This document shows positions 48,257 to 61,473 of a stretch of 64,000 nucleotides of DNA, piece by piece. Under the pieces are notes generated by a model that was not told where the DNA came from, did no database searches, and saw only the letters and a program-made list of their open reading frames with translations. The first letter of the stretch is position 1; each line of letters begins with the position of its first letter. Source of the DNA: Octopus sinensis (lineage: Eukaryota). The DNA is taken from positions 59,086,001-59,150,000 of the forward strand of contig NC_043005.1 of the NCBI RefSeq assembly GCF_006345805.1, written 5' to 3'. A program made the translations under genes and the position numbers.

Positions 48257-48842
48257 TATGTTTGTATATGTTAGACACATGATATTTGTATATGTTAGAC
48301 ACATGTGTTTGATTTTTATAAATATATCCATTAGCCAAATTAATTTATAGATTTTGTTTGCATAAACTTGCATACACATTGACATGTCCTTTTTCATTTC
48401 TTTAAATTTTTCCCTTTTACATGTTATTTGTAAATATCCGGTTAAATTTTCTCTATTACCCCATTTGTTTTTCATTCTTGATTATTATTAATAACTTTTT
48501 TGATGTTTTTTCCTTAAATTCTTCACACTGATGAGACTGATAATACTTAACTTTAATTATAACTTATCATAATAAATTTTTCTTACATATTTGTATTGCC
48601 CTTTGAAACGTTCGTATATGCTTATTAAATCGAATTTTGATATTTCAACATCTTTTCTCTCCATTTCTATAATTGTTTATGGTGTTTTATACCTATAACG
48701 AATTTTTCACTAGTTATTTTCATATTCTTATTGCTTGATCTACCAGGATATTTCTGAATACGATGAATTTTTATTAGAAATTATTTTCTCTCTTTTTGGA
48801 CTCCTCAAAAAGTTTCAACTTTTTTTCCTCTCTCTCTCTCTC

Positions 48843-48924
48843 TCTCTGTGCATATGTACATACATACATACATATATATATATTTATATATATATATATA
48901 TACAAATATATATATATATATTTG

Positions 48925-48976
<52 letters not shown>

Positions 48977-49075
48977 TGTATGTATGTATGTATGTATGTA
49001 TGTATGTATGCACATATGCACACACACACACCCATATATATATATATATATATATAATATATATATATATATACA
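48843..49075. repeat. Compound (TC)/(TA)/(TATG)/(CA) microsatellite
   Basis: Direct inspection. Confidence 0.9.
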
Positions 49076-49276
49076 TTAATCAAAGTGTACAGTATTATTT
49101 ATCCATTACAGCTGATCTTAACGATCAACTTTGTGCTAGGGATTCAACAGAGTGTTAGGTAACAGCCTGGTTATGTAATCTTGCCCTCTTTAGAGATGGC
49201 AATTATGGAATGGGATATGGTGGCTACTCTCTGTTTCTTTCTCTACCTCCCTCTCTTTCACTCTCTCTCTCTCTCT

Positions 49277-49337
<61 letters not shown>

Positions 49338-49714
49338 ATGTATGTATGTATAGATTGATAGATAGATGGATAGATAGATAGAAACATATTTCATGCCAGC
49401 AAAGAATATGGACATTAATTGATGATGATGACATATATTTATTTAAGTTTGTTTTTATCAGCCTATCCATCTGTTTGTCTGTCTGTATCTGACTGTTTCT
49501 CTCGCAGGCCAGTGTGTATTCTACTATATCCCTGGTCTGACCAAAGTCAGAAAAGAAACTAAACTAAACTAAAAGAAACCCATCATATATATGTGTGTGT
49601 GTGTCTGTATATGTGTGTGTATGTGTGCATTTGTGTGTGTGTGTCCATGGCTGAATGAAAATTTCTATCAATGAAATGTATGTATGTATGTATGTATGTA
49701 TGTATGTATGTATG

Positions 49715-49820
49715 TATGGACTGGTGCAGCTTTCGGGCTCCCCAGACCCCAGTTGAACCGTCCAACCCATGCTAGCATGGAAAGCGGACGTTAAATGATG
49801 ATGATGATGATGATGATGAA
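49715..49820 (+). mobile_element. RTE LINE 3' tail (family C), short
   Basis: CCCAGACCCCAGTTGAACCGTCCAACCCATGCTAGCATGGAAAGCGGACGTTAAATGATGATG. Confidence 0.8.
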
Positions 49821-50281
49821 AGTGATTCCTATCTCTGTTCTAAGTTCATTAATTACACTTTAATTTCGGGCATAGCTAATTTCAGTTACCTTCATTTCAT
49901 TTTTACTAAGTCCTCTACATTTCCTGATGTGTGTGTATGCATCAGTTATTTGTTACTGTTTAATTAATGTAACACATGTTGCACACACATACACGTACAC
50001 GTGCATGCACATGCCAACACACCCCCACACACCTTTCTTTCCTTGTGATCATCTCCTTCTTTCTTTATTCATATTTGCTCTGTAACTACAGCATGTTTTA
50101 ATGAATGCTGAGAAAATTTAGAAGCCAAATAATTATTTTTTATTCACTTGAGATTGTTCAGCGATTTTCAACTGTAGTTATTCATAACAGTTATGCACTC
50201 CAAATAATTTGAATGTGGCATTTCTTTTTCAACTGTTTTTACCACAATTTGGTAAGAAAGAGAGAATCATTGACTAAAACG

Positions 50282-50332
<51 letters not shown>

Positions 50333-50389
50333 ATAAATAAATATATGCCTATATACATACATATATGTACATACCTACATATATATGTA

Positions 50390-51658
50390 CGAGGGGCGTT
50401 CAATAAGTAATGCCCCTGACCCACTTCCCATAGCAGTAGAGCAACGAAACTTGGCACAGTTATTAGTCTTTTTCTACATAGGAACCACCCAGACTTATGT
50501 ATTTCTCCCATCGTTTGATGCAGCTCTGGAGACCGTTTTTGTAGAAGACCCCAGCTTCGTCCTCCAGCCACGACATGACTTCAGAAATCAAGCCTGCATC
50601 ATCTGGGAAACGCTTTCCTTTCAAAAACAACTTCATGGCTGGGAAGAGGTGAAAATTAGAGGGTGCAAGGTCAGGAGAGTAGGGGGGGGAGTTCATAGCC
50701 ACATGCCTGTGCTTCTGATCTGGCGACATGCGAGTTGTGGACCGGAGCGTTGTCCAGCAGGAGGAGGATGCCTTTGCTGATCTTGCCCCACCTCTTGATT
50801 TTGATAGCTTCTCTTAATTTCCTCAAAAGTGAAGCATAATAGGCTCCTGTAATTGTGGTACCCTTTGCCAGGAAATCTATCATCACTACTCCGTCCTGGT
50901 CCCAGAAGACTGTGAGCATGACCTTGCCAGCGGAGGGCTGCACCCTTGCCTTCTTTGGAGGAGGTGAGTCACAGTGCTTCCACTGCATTGACTGGGCTTT
51001 GGTCTCTGGATCATAGTGATGGACCCAGGTTTCATCCTGTGTAATCAGTCTTTTGAAAAATTTTGACTCATCTTCTTGGCACATCTCCAAATTCATCCTC
51101 GAGCACTCAATGTGTTCTTGCTTCTGGAAAGGTGTGAGCAACCAGGGAATCCATCTGGCAGACACCTTTTGCATATGCAAATGGTCATAAATGATAGTTT
51201 CCACAGACCCGGTACTAATCTTGACCTCATGGGTTATTTGGCGATCTTCCAAAATAGCAGCCTCGACTTGACGGACAGATGCCTCATCAATGGTAGAAGG
51301 GTACGACCAGATCTGGGAGCTGTTTCCACAGAGTTCCGACCATGTTTGAATTCATGATGCCACCGTTTTACAAGGTCATATGATGGGACATTATCTCCAT
51401 AAGTTACTTTCATTTCATCAAAAGTCTCCCATGGTGTGCGTCCTTTCAAATACAAAAACCGGATCACTGCTCGACACTCAACAGGCTCCATTTCACACTT
51501 GACTCAGTTCAAAGACCTGTAAATCAGAAACCACAATTAGTTCAGAGCTGTAATTTGCCACTTAATCTATAGAGACATAAATAATTGCACAGGCAAAATT
51601 TCAGCTAGATCAAACAACTGCAAGTGGGTCAGAGGCATTACTTATTGAATGTCCCTCG
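50390..51658 (-). mobile_element. Full-length irritans-type mariner (1269 bp), TA-flanked, frameshifted transposase
   Basis: TIRs CGAGGGGCGTTCAATAAGTAATGCCCCTGACCCACTT / CGAGGGACATTCAATAAGTAATGCCTCTGACCCACTT; TA on both sides; HTH N-terminus MEPVECRAVIRFLYLKG, ITQDETWVHHYDPETK, LDNAPVH, YSPDLAPSN. Confidence 0.95.
50463..51491 (-). pseudogene. Mariner transposase pseudogene in three ORF pieces (51234-51491, 50671-51252, 50463-50729)
   Basis: Frameshifts after SGR (~51300) and at a poly-C run after GYEL (~50685). Confidence 0.9.
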
Positions 51659-52654
51659 TATATATACATGCATATATAGGTACAGGACATTAAAAAAATG
51701 GAGACAGAATGAGAAATGAGAACATAAAAAACAAAAACATAGAAAATGAATTTTTTTGAACAATGAAAAACAAACAAACAGAGAAACGAGACATATAACA
51801 TAAAGAATATTCCCTTCAACAGTTGTTCTCTGTTTTATCTACTCTGCGTGACTTCATTAAAACAGTACTTCCCGCAAAGCAAATTAAATAAAATTTGATA
51901 TTTTTTGTGGAGGGTGCAAGTGGTAGCAAAAACAGGACAGTGAGAACAAAACAGTAAAATCAAATGGTGAGGGCTGTTACGCCAAGACAATGTGAAGTGG
52001 TGAACGCAGGAAAAACGAGCTTTGGAAGAAACAGATAATAGCACATCATGTCTTTAGGAAGGAAGTGGAAGAAAGAAAGAATGGCCGTTGGTCACCTGTG
52101 ATCAATGAGAGGGTCAAGGAGGAAGAGTGAAAGAGAGAGAGGGGTAATGGTGAAAGGGAGAGAAGAAGAATAGGGAAAGGGTGGGAGAGAAAAACAGAAA
52201 GGAAGAACAAGAGATAGATAGACAGAAAAGATATATATATTTATATATATTGTATGTATGTATGTATATATACATATACTTAACACAAAAAAATGTCACC
52301 GTGCCTTGGCTAAATAAGATAATACCTGCTCATACAGTTATTGGGCACAGCCAAAACACTACAACAGGCCTTAAATCAGAGCCAGCTTTCATACCTTTTA
52401 TAACTTGATTGTTTTCTGACAGGTTTATGGTTGAACTAGTGGCACTGGAGACCTTCAAGTGCATTTTATGCGGCACCAGCATTCACAGTGACTATTATTA
52501 GTTTAACACTTGATCAAAGTTGTAAAGTGAAATTCAAAAGTCAAAAAATTTGATGTTTTGGGCATAGTCCTTCATCAGATATGTAGAAGAAAGTCTACTT
52601 AAGAAGAAAAGGTGGAAGGGAAATGAGATACAAATGGAGGGTAACCATGTAAAA

Positions 52655-52792
52655 AGCATCTATGCTGGTGCCATGTAAAAAGCACCCACTACACTCTGTA
52701 AAGTCGTTGGCGTTAGGAAAGGCATCCAGCTGTAGAAACCATGCCAAAAGAGATGACTGAAACCAGGTGCAGCCTTGGAACTGTAAAATATA

Positions 52793-52800
<8 letters not shown>
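52655..52800 (+). mobile_element. RTE LINE 3' tail followed by a long (GAT)/(GGT) tract to ~53010
   Basis: GCCATGTAAAAAGCACCCACTACACTC..GGCGTTAGGAAAGGCATCCAGCTGTAGAAACC. Confidence 0.75.
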
Positions 52801-52825
<25 letters not shown>

Positions 52826-53361
52826 GATGATGATGATGATGATGATGATATGATGATGATGATGGTGGTGGTGTGGTGGTGGTGGTGGTGGTGGTGGTGG
52901 TGGTGATGATGATGATAATGATGATGATGATGATGGTGGTTGTGGTGGTGGTGGTGGTGGTGGTGGTGGTGGTGGTGGTGGTGATGATGATGATGATGGT
53001 GATGATGATGACATTTCATACTTATATTTTACTTACTATTTAGAATCGAATCCTCTGGAGGTTTTAAATTTGACTTCTAATGTGTACAAGGAAAATTAAG
53101 CAGAGATCATACACATCAATTAAATCTACAAAAGAAAATAGATTTTCTAGTTATTCTCAGATGAATTGTTGTAGATATTTAATTGATGTGTGAACAGTAT
53201 GTTATAACATCATATATGATTCTAAATCTGACAATGCCAGGGGTTATGCCAAAAAAATATGTCATTTCAGATCAAGATGTATTAATGTATAGAATTAGTG
53301 TCGTTTTATAGATTAGCATGATAATACACATTAAGTAAAATTACTATTAAGATAATAATAA

Positions 53362-53758
53362 TACTCTTTTATTTGTTTCAGTCATTTGACTGTGGCCATG
53401 CTGGAGCACCTCCTTTAGTCTGTAACTAACTAACTAGTCGAGCAAATCGACCCCAGGATTTATTCTTTGTAAACCTAGTACTTATTCTGTCGGTCTCTTT
53501 TGCCGAACCGCTAAGTTATGGGGATGTAAACACACCAGCATCAGTTGTCAAGTGATGTTGGGGGGACAAACGCAGACACACAAACATATACACACACATA
53601 TATAAGACGGGCTTCTTTCAGTTTCCGTCTACCAAATCCACTCACAAGGCTTTGGTCAGACCGAGGCTATAGTAGAAGACACTTGCCCAAGGTGCCACAC
53701 AGTGGGACTGAACCTGGGACCATGTGGTTGGTAAGCAAGCTACTTACCACACAGCCTC
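53362..53758 (-). mobile_element. SINE family B, full length
   Basis: Reverse complement of the family B consensus. Confidence 0.9.
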
Positions 53759-53839
53759 CCTTATGGGATGTTAACTGAGTGTATGTCTTTAAAACGGAAA
53801 AGTAATATGAACATGGACCAGAAGCTGTGATATAAAATG

Positions 53840-54240
53840 AAAATTACAAAATTTTGTGGGATTTCTCCATGATGTCTCACCATACTATTGAAGCAAGAAG
53901 ACTAGATATGATCATCGAGGACAAAATAAACAGTGTAAGATCATAGATTTTGCAATTCCTTATGATAGTAGAGTTGATACCAAAGAAAGTGAAAAAAATT
54001 GAGAAATATCGAGATCTAGTCAGAGAGCTGAGGAGACTATGGAAGACCAAGTTAGCAATTATTCCTCTAGTGATTGGTACACTTGGCACAACACCCATAA
54101 TGCTGCCTAAAAGACAGAAATAAACTGGAATTGAAAGTTGCGTTGTTTTCCTGTAGAAAAGTACCATCCTCCATTCTGCAAAAATCTTAAGGTTTTTGGA
54201 GACTTGAGGAGACTGGTTGTCACCAAATATCTAGAAAAAA
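53840..54240 (+). mobile_element. R4/Dong-like LINE REL endonuclease C-terminus
   Basis: KILWDFS..IEARRLDMII..KIIDFAIPYDSRVDTKE..KIEKYRDLVRELRRLWKTKLAIIPLVIGTLGT. Confidence 0.85.
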
Positions 54241-54274
54241 TACCTTCTAACTAAATTAGCATGGGCTAGCTTAA

Positions 54275-54505
54275 TTATCCTTTCTACTAAAGACACAAGG
54301 CCTGAAACTTTGCAGTGGGCGTGGGGGGGGGGAATAATTCAATCACATCGACCCCAGTGTTCAACTGGTGCTTATTTCATCAACCTTGAAAGGATGAAAG
54401 GCAAAGTTGACCTCAGCAGAATTTGAACTCAGAGCATTAAGACCAACAAATTTTCACTAAGCATTTTGTCTGGCATGCTAACAATTCTGCTGGATCACCA
54501 CCTTA
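54275..54505 (-). mobile_element. SINE family A, alternative tail
   Basis: CTTTCTACTAAAGACACAAGGCCTGAAA tail plus central domain and head on minus strand. Confidence 0.8.
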
Positions 54506-54514
54506 TGCACTAGC

Positions 54515-54515
<1 letters not shown>

Positions 54516-54571
<56 letters not shown>

Positions 54572-54643
54572 GTAATAATAATAATAATAATAATAGTAAT
54601 AATAATAATAATAATAATTATTATTATTATTATTATTATTATT
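54516..54643. repeat. (AAT)n/(ATT)n palindromic microsatellite
   Basis: Orientation flips at ~54618. Confidence 0.9.
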
Positions 54644-54644
54644 C

Positions 54645-54870
54645 TTGAGTTGGATGGCCTACTTGACCTGAAGAAAATTCTAAATGGGCCCCACCTGCAA
54701 GATCATGCACTGTTTATCTTGATATGATATCAATATGTTGTGCACGTATGGTTGTGATGCGTGTACCTGATATACCCTTATCGGGTAGTCATGGTTGATA
54801 TACTGGGCTTTGTATATTTTACCCCAGTGTCACTTTGATGGCATGCACTGCTCTCTCACTCAATAATAAT
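54645..54870 (+). mobile_element. R4/Dong-like 3' UTR, 5'-truncated
   Basis: Homologous to 43650-43860; ends CTCTCTCACTC-AATAATAAT. Confidence 0.6.
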
Positions 54871-55074
54871 AATCCTTTCTATTATAGGCACAAGGCCCGA
54901 AATTTTGGGGAAGGGGGCCAGTCAATTAGATCGACCCCAGTATGCAACTGGTACTTAATTTATTGACCCCAAAAGGATGAAAGGCAAAGTTGATCTTGGC
55001 GGAATTTGAACTCAGAATGAAATACTGCTAAGCATTTCGCCCAGCATGCTAATGTTTCTGCCAGCTCACCACCT
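54868..55074 (-). mobile_element. SINE family A, alternative tail
   Basis: Reverse complement of the 22622-22840 type. Confidence 0.85.
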
Positions 55075-55084
55075 TGGAACTGTA

Positions 55085-56130
55085 AAATATTGACCGAAAA
55101 ATTCTGAAAAAAATGGCAACATACCAGGCTTTGCATAAAATGACATATGGACAGGCTGTATATGAAACATAGAAATGGAGGAAGGGGATTGATCAACGTG
55201 AAGTATATGAGCACGAAAGTGAACAGTCTGAAGCAATATGCTTAAGAAAGCACTGAAGAATTGCTAGCAGAAGTAAGCAATGTAAACATACTAGGTGAAG
55301 GACAAACAAAAGATTAAGTGCTTGGAAAGAGAAAGCAAAGTTATATGGAAAATCATTTATACTTCAGTTTATGAAGAATACTGAGGCAGAAAGAGGCAAT
55401 GGTACTTGGAATTGGTTGGAAAATGAAATTCCCAAAAGGGACAGAAGGATTAATGAAGGCAGCTCAGAGTCAAGTGCTCTTGACAAATAGTACAAAATGG
55501 AGGGCCGGTGTCAATGTGTTGTCATTGAGTAGTTTGTGTAATGAACAAGAAGAAACAATGACCTGCATAACAAGTGAATGTTCTAAACTCACATAGAAAC
55601 GATAAAAATCTTGGATACATGACAACATGGCAAAGATCATCCACTGGGAAATGTGTAAGAAGTATGAATTTCCATCACGCTACAGGTGGTATGAACATGA
55701 ACTTGAAAAAAATGACTGAGAATGATGAGGTTAAACTTCTTTGGATTTTCCTATCTGAATAGATTATGTCCGAGGGCATAACAGACCAGATATCTTGGTG
55801 TTTGAGAAGAGGGAACAGACTTGCTACATAAATGAGGTGTCCTGTCTATTTGAGACAAGAATAAATGAAAAAGAAATCAACAAGGTAGATATATAGCAAG
55901 ACCTCAAGAAAAAATAAGTAGATTTTGGAGTTGTAGAAAAAGCGTGGTTGTATCAAATGTATTTGGGGCCTTAAGGCCAGTGGGTAAGAGACTCAAGGAG
56001 TAGCCAGAAAAGACTGGCTTGCAGAAGCATATAAGTTGCTTGCATCTAGCCTGCATGTTAGGAATGGCGAATATCATTCAAAAGTTCTTGAATGGACGAA
56101 GTCACAAGTGATGACTTGTTATCCAGGAAT
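55085..56130 (+). mobile_element. R4/Dong-like LINE ORF 3' third (post-RT, CCHC, REL), decayed
   Basis: DRLYMKHRNGGRGLINV..GTEGLMKAAQSQVL..LCNEQEETMTCITSECSKL..HDNMAKIIHWEMCKKY..ENDEVKLLW..HNRPDILV. Confidence 0.85.
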
Positions 56131-56385
56131 AAACCCACTTAAATTCCATCACACAAGTGAGGTACAAAAATTCTTTGAAATAATAATTCTTTTCGCTATA
56201 GGCCTGAAATTTTGTGGACAAGGTGCTGGTTGATGTGATCGACTCCAATTTTCAATTGGTACTTATTTCACCAATCCTAAAATGATGAACGGCAAACATA
56301 CATACATACATGCATGCATACATACATACATACATGCATACATACATACATGCATACATACATACATACATACATATAAATATAC

Positions 56386-56707
56386 TGAGACCCCCTTCGG
56401 TCATGACTGACTGTGGGATTGCACCTAGAAAGTTACCCTCCCAAGTACAAGTCCAGGCAACGTTGTTTATGGAAGACCAGCAGTCATCCATGCATACTAG
56501 CCTCCCCTCTCCACGCCACCAGTGTTATCCAAGGGAAAGGCAAAGGCCGATACAGCTTGGTAACTCATTTCTACAGCTGAGTGAACTGGAGCAACGTGAA
56601 ATAAAGTGTCTTGCTCAAGAACACAACACACAGCCTAGTCCGGGATTCAAACTCACAACCTCATGATCGTAAGCTCGACACTCTAACCACTGACCCATGC
56701 GCCTTCA
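56386..56707 (-). mobile_element. SINE family D
   Basis: Reverse complement of 39477-39810. Confidence 0.85.
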
Positions 56708-57749
56708 CATACACACACACACATTTATATTATTCTGCCAATAATATTAATTGCCAACAAAAATATAATGATTCACCTCAATTGTTGTCATATTTATAAC
56801 AAGCTTTTATATGTGTACTCTGTGTTGATACTCCATTCAATTGATACTATTTATTTTCTAAACCTATCAGTGTTATTAGAAGTAAGATTTCTCAAAAATG
56901 CACATTTTCATAGCCTGATATTAAGTATTCTATGGTTGTTAGATGTCATTTGATTTAATAGACTCAAGTTACCTTTTTTTTATTATTACGTTCATTTTTT
57001 TTTTTTTGCTTTTATTTAACCTATTAAAATTCTGAACATCCTTTTACCTACCATTGAATGGTTTCATAGAAATATCAGTGTAAATAATAATTAATGATAA
57101 TAATTAAAGAGAGTAATTGAGATCAATTCTGATATTGTTCACTGATGGTGCTTGGTGCCAAGATAATTAAAGCCACTAACTAGTCATTATACTAAACAAA
57201 TTAAATAACGACAGTGGTGATGATGATGAAAATGATGATGATGATGATGGTGGTAGTGGTGGTGGTAGTGGCGAGGATAATGATGACGATTAAATGCTGG
57301 AGTATAGGTGAAAATGATTGGTGGTATTTGTTCAAATTTTTACATTTGGAGTTCAAACCCTGCTGATGTCATTTCTTTAAAGATTGATAGAATAAAATAC
57401 CCATGGGGTTCAGTTACATGAAATTTGTGGCTTTGTGCCTGAATTGGGAAGACGAGCATAAGAGAAATGCCTTTCAAGCGTTGCACATATCCTAGAAGCA
57501 TTATTGGATAGAGAGTGGATTGGCAGAACTGTTTGAATATTGAACAAAATACCTTACCACAGTTGATTATGATTCTTTTATGTTCAGAGTTCAAATCCTA
57601 CCAAGTTCAACTTTGCTGTTCATTCCTGTATTATGAAATATGAAATGAAATGAAGTGATATTAGCATTCATCAGAAAAGTTGTCAGAGCATGACAAGGCA
57701 ACCACACACTAAGATAGGACAAGCCACCGAGAAAGGTCATAGCTGATTG

Positions 57750-58162
57750 CTCTTTTACTCTTTTACTTGTTTCAGTCATTTGACTGTGGCCATGCTGGAG
57801 CACCACCTTTAGTCAAGCAAATCAACCCCAGGACTTATTCTTTGTAAGCCTAGTACGTTTTCTATCGGACTCTTTTGCCGAACTGCTAAGTTATGGGGAT
57901 GTAAAAACAGCAGCATCAGTTGTCAAGTAATGTTGGGGAGACAAACACAGACACACAAACTTATACACACACTCACAGATATATATATACACATATATAC
58001 GATGGGCTTCTTTCAGTTTCCGTCTACCAAATGCACTCACAAGGCTTTGGTCTGCCCGAGGCTATAGTAGAAGACACTTGCCTAATGTGCCATGCTATGG
58101 AACTGAACCTGGAACCATGTTGGTTGGTAAGCAAGCTACTTACTACACAGCCACTTCTATGC
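57750..58162 (-). mobile_element. SINE family B, full length
   Basis: Reverse complement of the family B consensus. Confidence 0.9.
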
Positions 58163-58610
58163 CTTGAAAAGTTTTTGTTGTGGTCATCAGGAAAGAAAGT
58201 GTCTCTTAATAAGTGTGTGAGTCCAAATGGATGCTAATGTATTTCCAATAAAGGCTACACTACAACAACAACGGTCTTCCTTACTATGTGAATTAAAAGC
58301 ATTAGTTCTGTTTTTTGTTTTCATTTTTGACTTTCTACAGCACTTTGCAATATCCTGGGAATCAGTTAAAACTTACTGGAAAACATGGTGTAGAAAGGAA
58401 AAATTTACAGGTACACCTCACATGGAAAGTTAAACTGTTAAAATCTAGAAAAAAAATGTTGGAAACTATTCTTTAACTCAGAATTATGAAGGTGTGTCAT
58501 CTACTTGTCAGGGTGTGGGTCTCAAGATCATAAAGTTGTGCATTCATTTCCTTGATTGGGTACAATGTTGTATCCTTGATCAAGGCTTTTCATTTCAAAT
58601 TACTCTAGTC

Positions 58611-58851
58611 CAGCGGTTCTCATCAGGGATTCACATGGCCCTTTGGGGTCCATATAAGATTTAGTTGTTAAAAATTGCGTGCAATAACTTACTTATATTT
58701 CTACAATACTCAAAATATATTAATTTTTTATACAATTTGTAATATAAAAATGGAATGGGACTTTTTTAAATATCAAATGGTTATGGGGATCCACTTGAGT
58801 GAAGTGGGAATCGAAGAGGCCCATAAGCAAAAAATGGTTGAAAAATCACTG
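58611..58851. mobile_element. hAT (Charlie/Buster-type) MITE with 8-bp TSD
   Basis: Ends CAGCGGTTCTCA / TTGAAAAATCACTG; flanks CTCTAGTC / CTTTAGTC. Confidence 0.75.
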
Positions 58852-58973
58852 CTTTAGTCTATTCATCTAAAATTAAGCACCAGATGAGTGCTGGTGTATC
58901 CCTCCTTGTCCCCAGCCTTCAAATTGCAGATGTTCAGCTAGATGGCTGCTACAAGGGCTGACAGTATATATGT

Positions 58974-59260
58974 GAAGGTGCATGGCTTAGTGGTTAGGGG
59001 CATTCGGCTCATGATCGTAAGGTCGTGAGTTTGATTCCCGGCAGTGCATTGTGTCCTTGAGCAAGACACTTTATTTCACGTTGCTCCAGTCTACTCAGCT
59101 GGCAAAAATGAGAGGTACCTATTTTTCAAAGGGCCAGCTTTGTCGTATTCTGTGTCACACGGAATCTCCCGAGAACTGCAATAAGGGTACACTTGCACAT
59201 TAATTTCACGAGCAAGCTGTTCCATTGATCATATCAGCTGGGACCCTTATCGTTGCAACC
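58974..59260 (+). mobile_element. SINE family D head and domain with a different 3' tail
   Basis: TGGCTTAGTGG A-box and TGTGTCCTTGAGCAAGACACTTTATTTCACGTTGCTCCAG; the tail after GGCAAAAATGAG is unlike 39477-39810. Confidence 0.75.
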
Positions 59261-59491
59261 TATTTCTTTACTACCCACAAGGGGCTAAACACAGAGAGGA
59301 CAAACAAGGACAGACAAACGGATTAAGTTGATTATATCGACTCCAGTGCGTAACTGGTACTCATTTAATTGACGCCGAAAGGATGAAAGGCAAAGTCGAC
59401 CTCGGCAGAATTAGAACTCAGAACATAATGGCAGACTCAAAACCGCTAAGCATTTAGCCCAGCATGCTAACGTTTCTGCCAGCTTGCCGCC
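59261..59491 (-). mobile_element. SINE family A
   Basis: Complete copy on minus strand. Confidence 0.9.
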
Positions 59492-60371
59492 AACAGAGTG
59501 CTCCTCCTATATCTGTATCTGATCATGATTCTACTGGTGGTTAAAACAATTAGTAAAAAGCATGGTGCTAGTTAATAAGTCATCCTCACTTATTAGAGAG
59601 ACCTATGCATGTATAACAGAACTATAAACAATAGGACTTTCAAGATGCACAATTATTAGTGTACATTTTATAAGGATTTAAATTATAATTTTTAAAATCT
59701 GTTGAGCACCTAGTTACACTTTATGCCAAACTGAGAACCAATGACTAGAAGCAGTATAAACATGGTAATTATGTAAAAAAAAAACTGTAACAAAGCATAC
59801 AAAAGAAGTAACATAAACACCTGAAGTCATTTACTGATATTTTGCCAAGACATTTATGGTTATTCCTCTAAATGTGCAGTGACAAAATAAGTTCTGATCT
59901 CTTAAAGACCTTTCTTATTATTGTAGCAGTTCCAAATTATAATGTGTTTACAATGTTTCTCCTTATATATTTGGTATACAGTATTCTTGGCAAAGTGTGC
60001 CAACTTCATGTCTACTATAATTATCAATAGTCTTTACAAAAGACAGTTTGCTGTAGTAGCAGCCCTCACTCCCTTACCTGCTGCTTGTCCACCTGCTCCA
60101 GCATCATTAGGAAGAATGAAACATTCATTGCAAAATCAATTCTCATAAGAAATATTCCCATAAGTTGAGTCCGCGAAAACTTACTTGCTGAAGTTCTCTA
60201 ATTTTCGAATTTTGCCATAAAGATATAATGTGGATATGTCTATGCTGAAATGCTTTCCATGTTCAAGAAAAATGTATATGCATATAAATATATCTTTATA
60301 TGTATGTATGTATGTACCTATCTGTATGTAATCTGTCTGTCTCTCTATCTATCTATCTGTCTGTCTATCTG

Positions 60372-60434
<63 letters not shown>

Positions 60435-60481
60435 GTCTGTCTGTCTATTTATATTTGTCTGTCTATCTGTCTATCTGTCTA

Positions 60482-60854
60482 TGGGTGAATGTAGCAAAGA
60501 TGGTGCGTGTGAGTGACGAAACCACTTTAAGCATGATCCTGTAAATCGTAAAAGAGAGAGCACTTTGCTCTCATGTGTTTATTTCCTCCCTGCCTGAGGT
60601 CAACGTGGTCTTTTCTGTAGGCTTTTCTTCCCACGGATGAACCTAATCTTGTTTCTTACTTTTAAAAAAAATTTGTTTCTGTGATACATGATCTCCTTTG
60701 ATTGTCTTCTTTTTTTTTCCCCCGATCCCTTTTGATCGGAATTGTACATTAGTTTCCTTTTTTGTTCCCTTATTCTTTTTCCATCTTCAAAAAGAAAAGC
60801 TCTACATTTGTATTTGTCCCCTCTGTATTCAGCCCTGTGTGGCCAATAAAGAAA
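60482..60854 (+). mobile_element. LINE 3' end (Tx1/L1-like, inferred): ORF terminus, T-rich 3' UTR and tail shared with SINE A
   Basis: WVNVAKMVRVSDETTLSMIL* then UTR ending TTTGTCCCCTCTGTATTCAGCCCTGTGTGGCCAATAAAGAAA. Confidence 0.55.
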
Positions 60855-61096
60855 GTTATCTATCTATCTATCAACAATATCAAAGAGACATACACAAGGT
60901 ATGTGTTTTGCCAGTTCATGAGCAAGATGCAATTATAGGCATGAGAGGATATACTCTCACCAAGTCCTTTACACCAATAATTACAGCCTGCCCACAAACT
61001 GGCAAAGCACATGCCTTGTGTATGTGTGTTTGATATTGTTTATATCCCTTGGGCTGCTTCTAATGCATATTTGAATATATATATGTATATATACAC

Positions 61097-61127
<31 letters not shown>

Positions 61128-61374
61128 GTAATAAGAATTTTTGGAAATTCCTAAATCCTTTAATGCATTGCTATGCTCATTTCCTCAAACCTCATGCTTT
61201 ACTTGTTGTATTCCCCATCCATAGGATATTACAAATATGATTTGCAAAATCCATGGATTTTAAGGGGAATATTAATATTTCTTTCCTCGGGCAAAAGTTG
61301 CATTAGAGTTCTGGCTGTATTGAATGTTTAGCAAAGGGATATTTACTAATTTATGTCAGTCAGAAGGATCTGTG

Positions 61375-61424
61375 TTTTCTATCTATCTATCCATCTATCT
61401 ATCTATCTATCTATCCATCTATCC

Positions 61425-61473
<49 letters not shown>

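Noticed and set aside
48520-48615. CTGATGAG ... GAAACGTT downstream of the PLE ORF
   Set aside because: Cores are ~70 nt apart without convincing stems
52790-53010. (GGT)n/(GAT)n tract as G-quadruplex or poly-His/Pro coding region
   Set aside because: An expanded RTE tail microsatellite; no evidence of function
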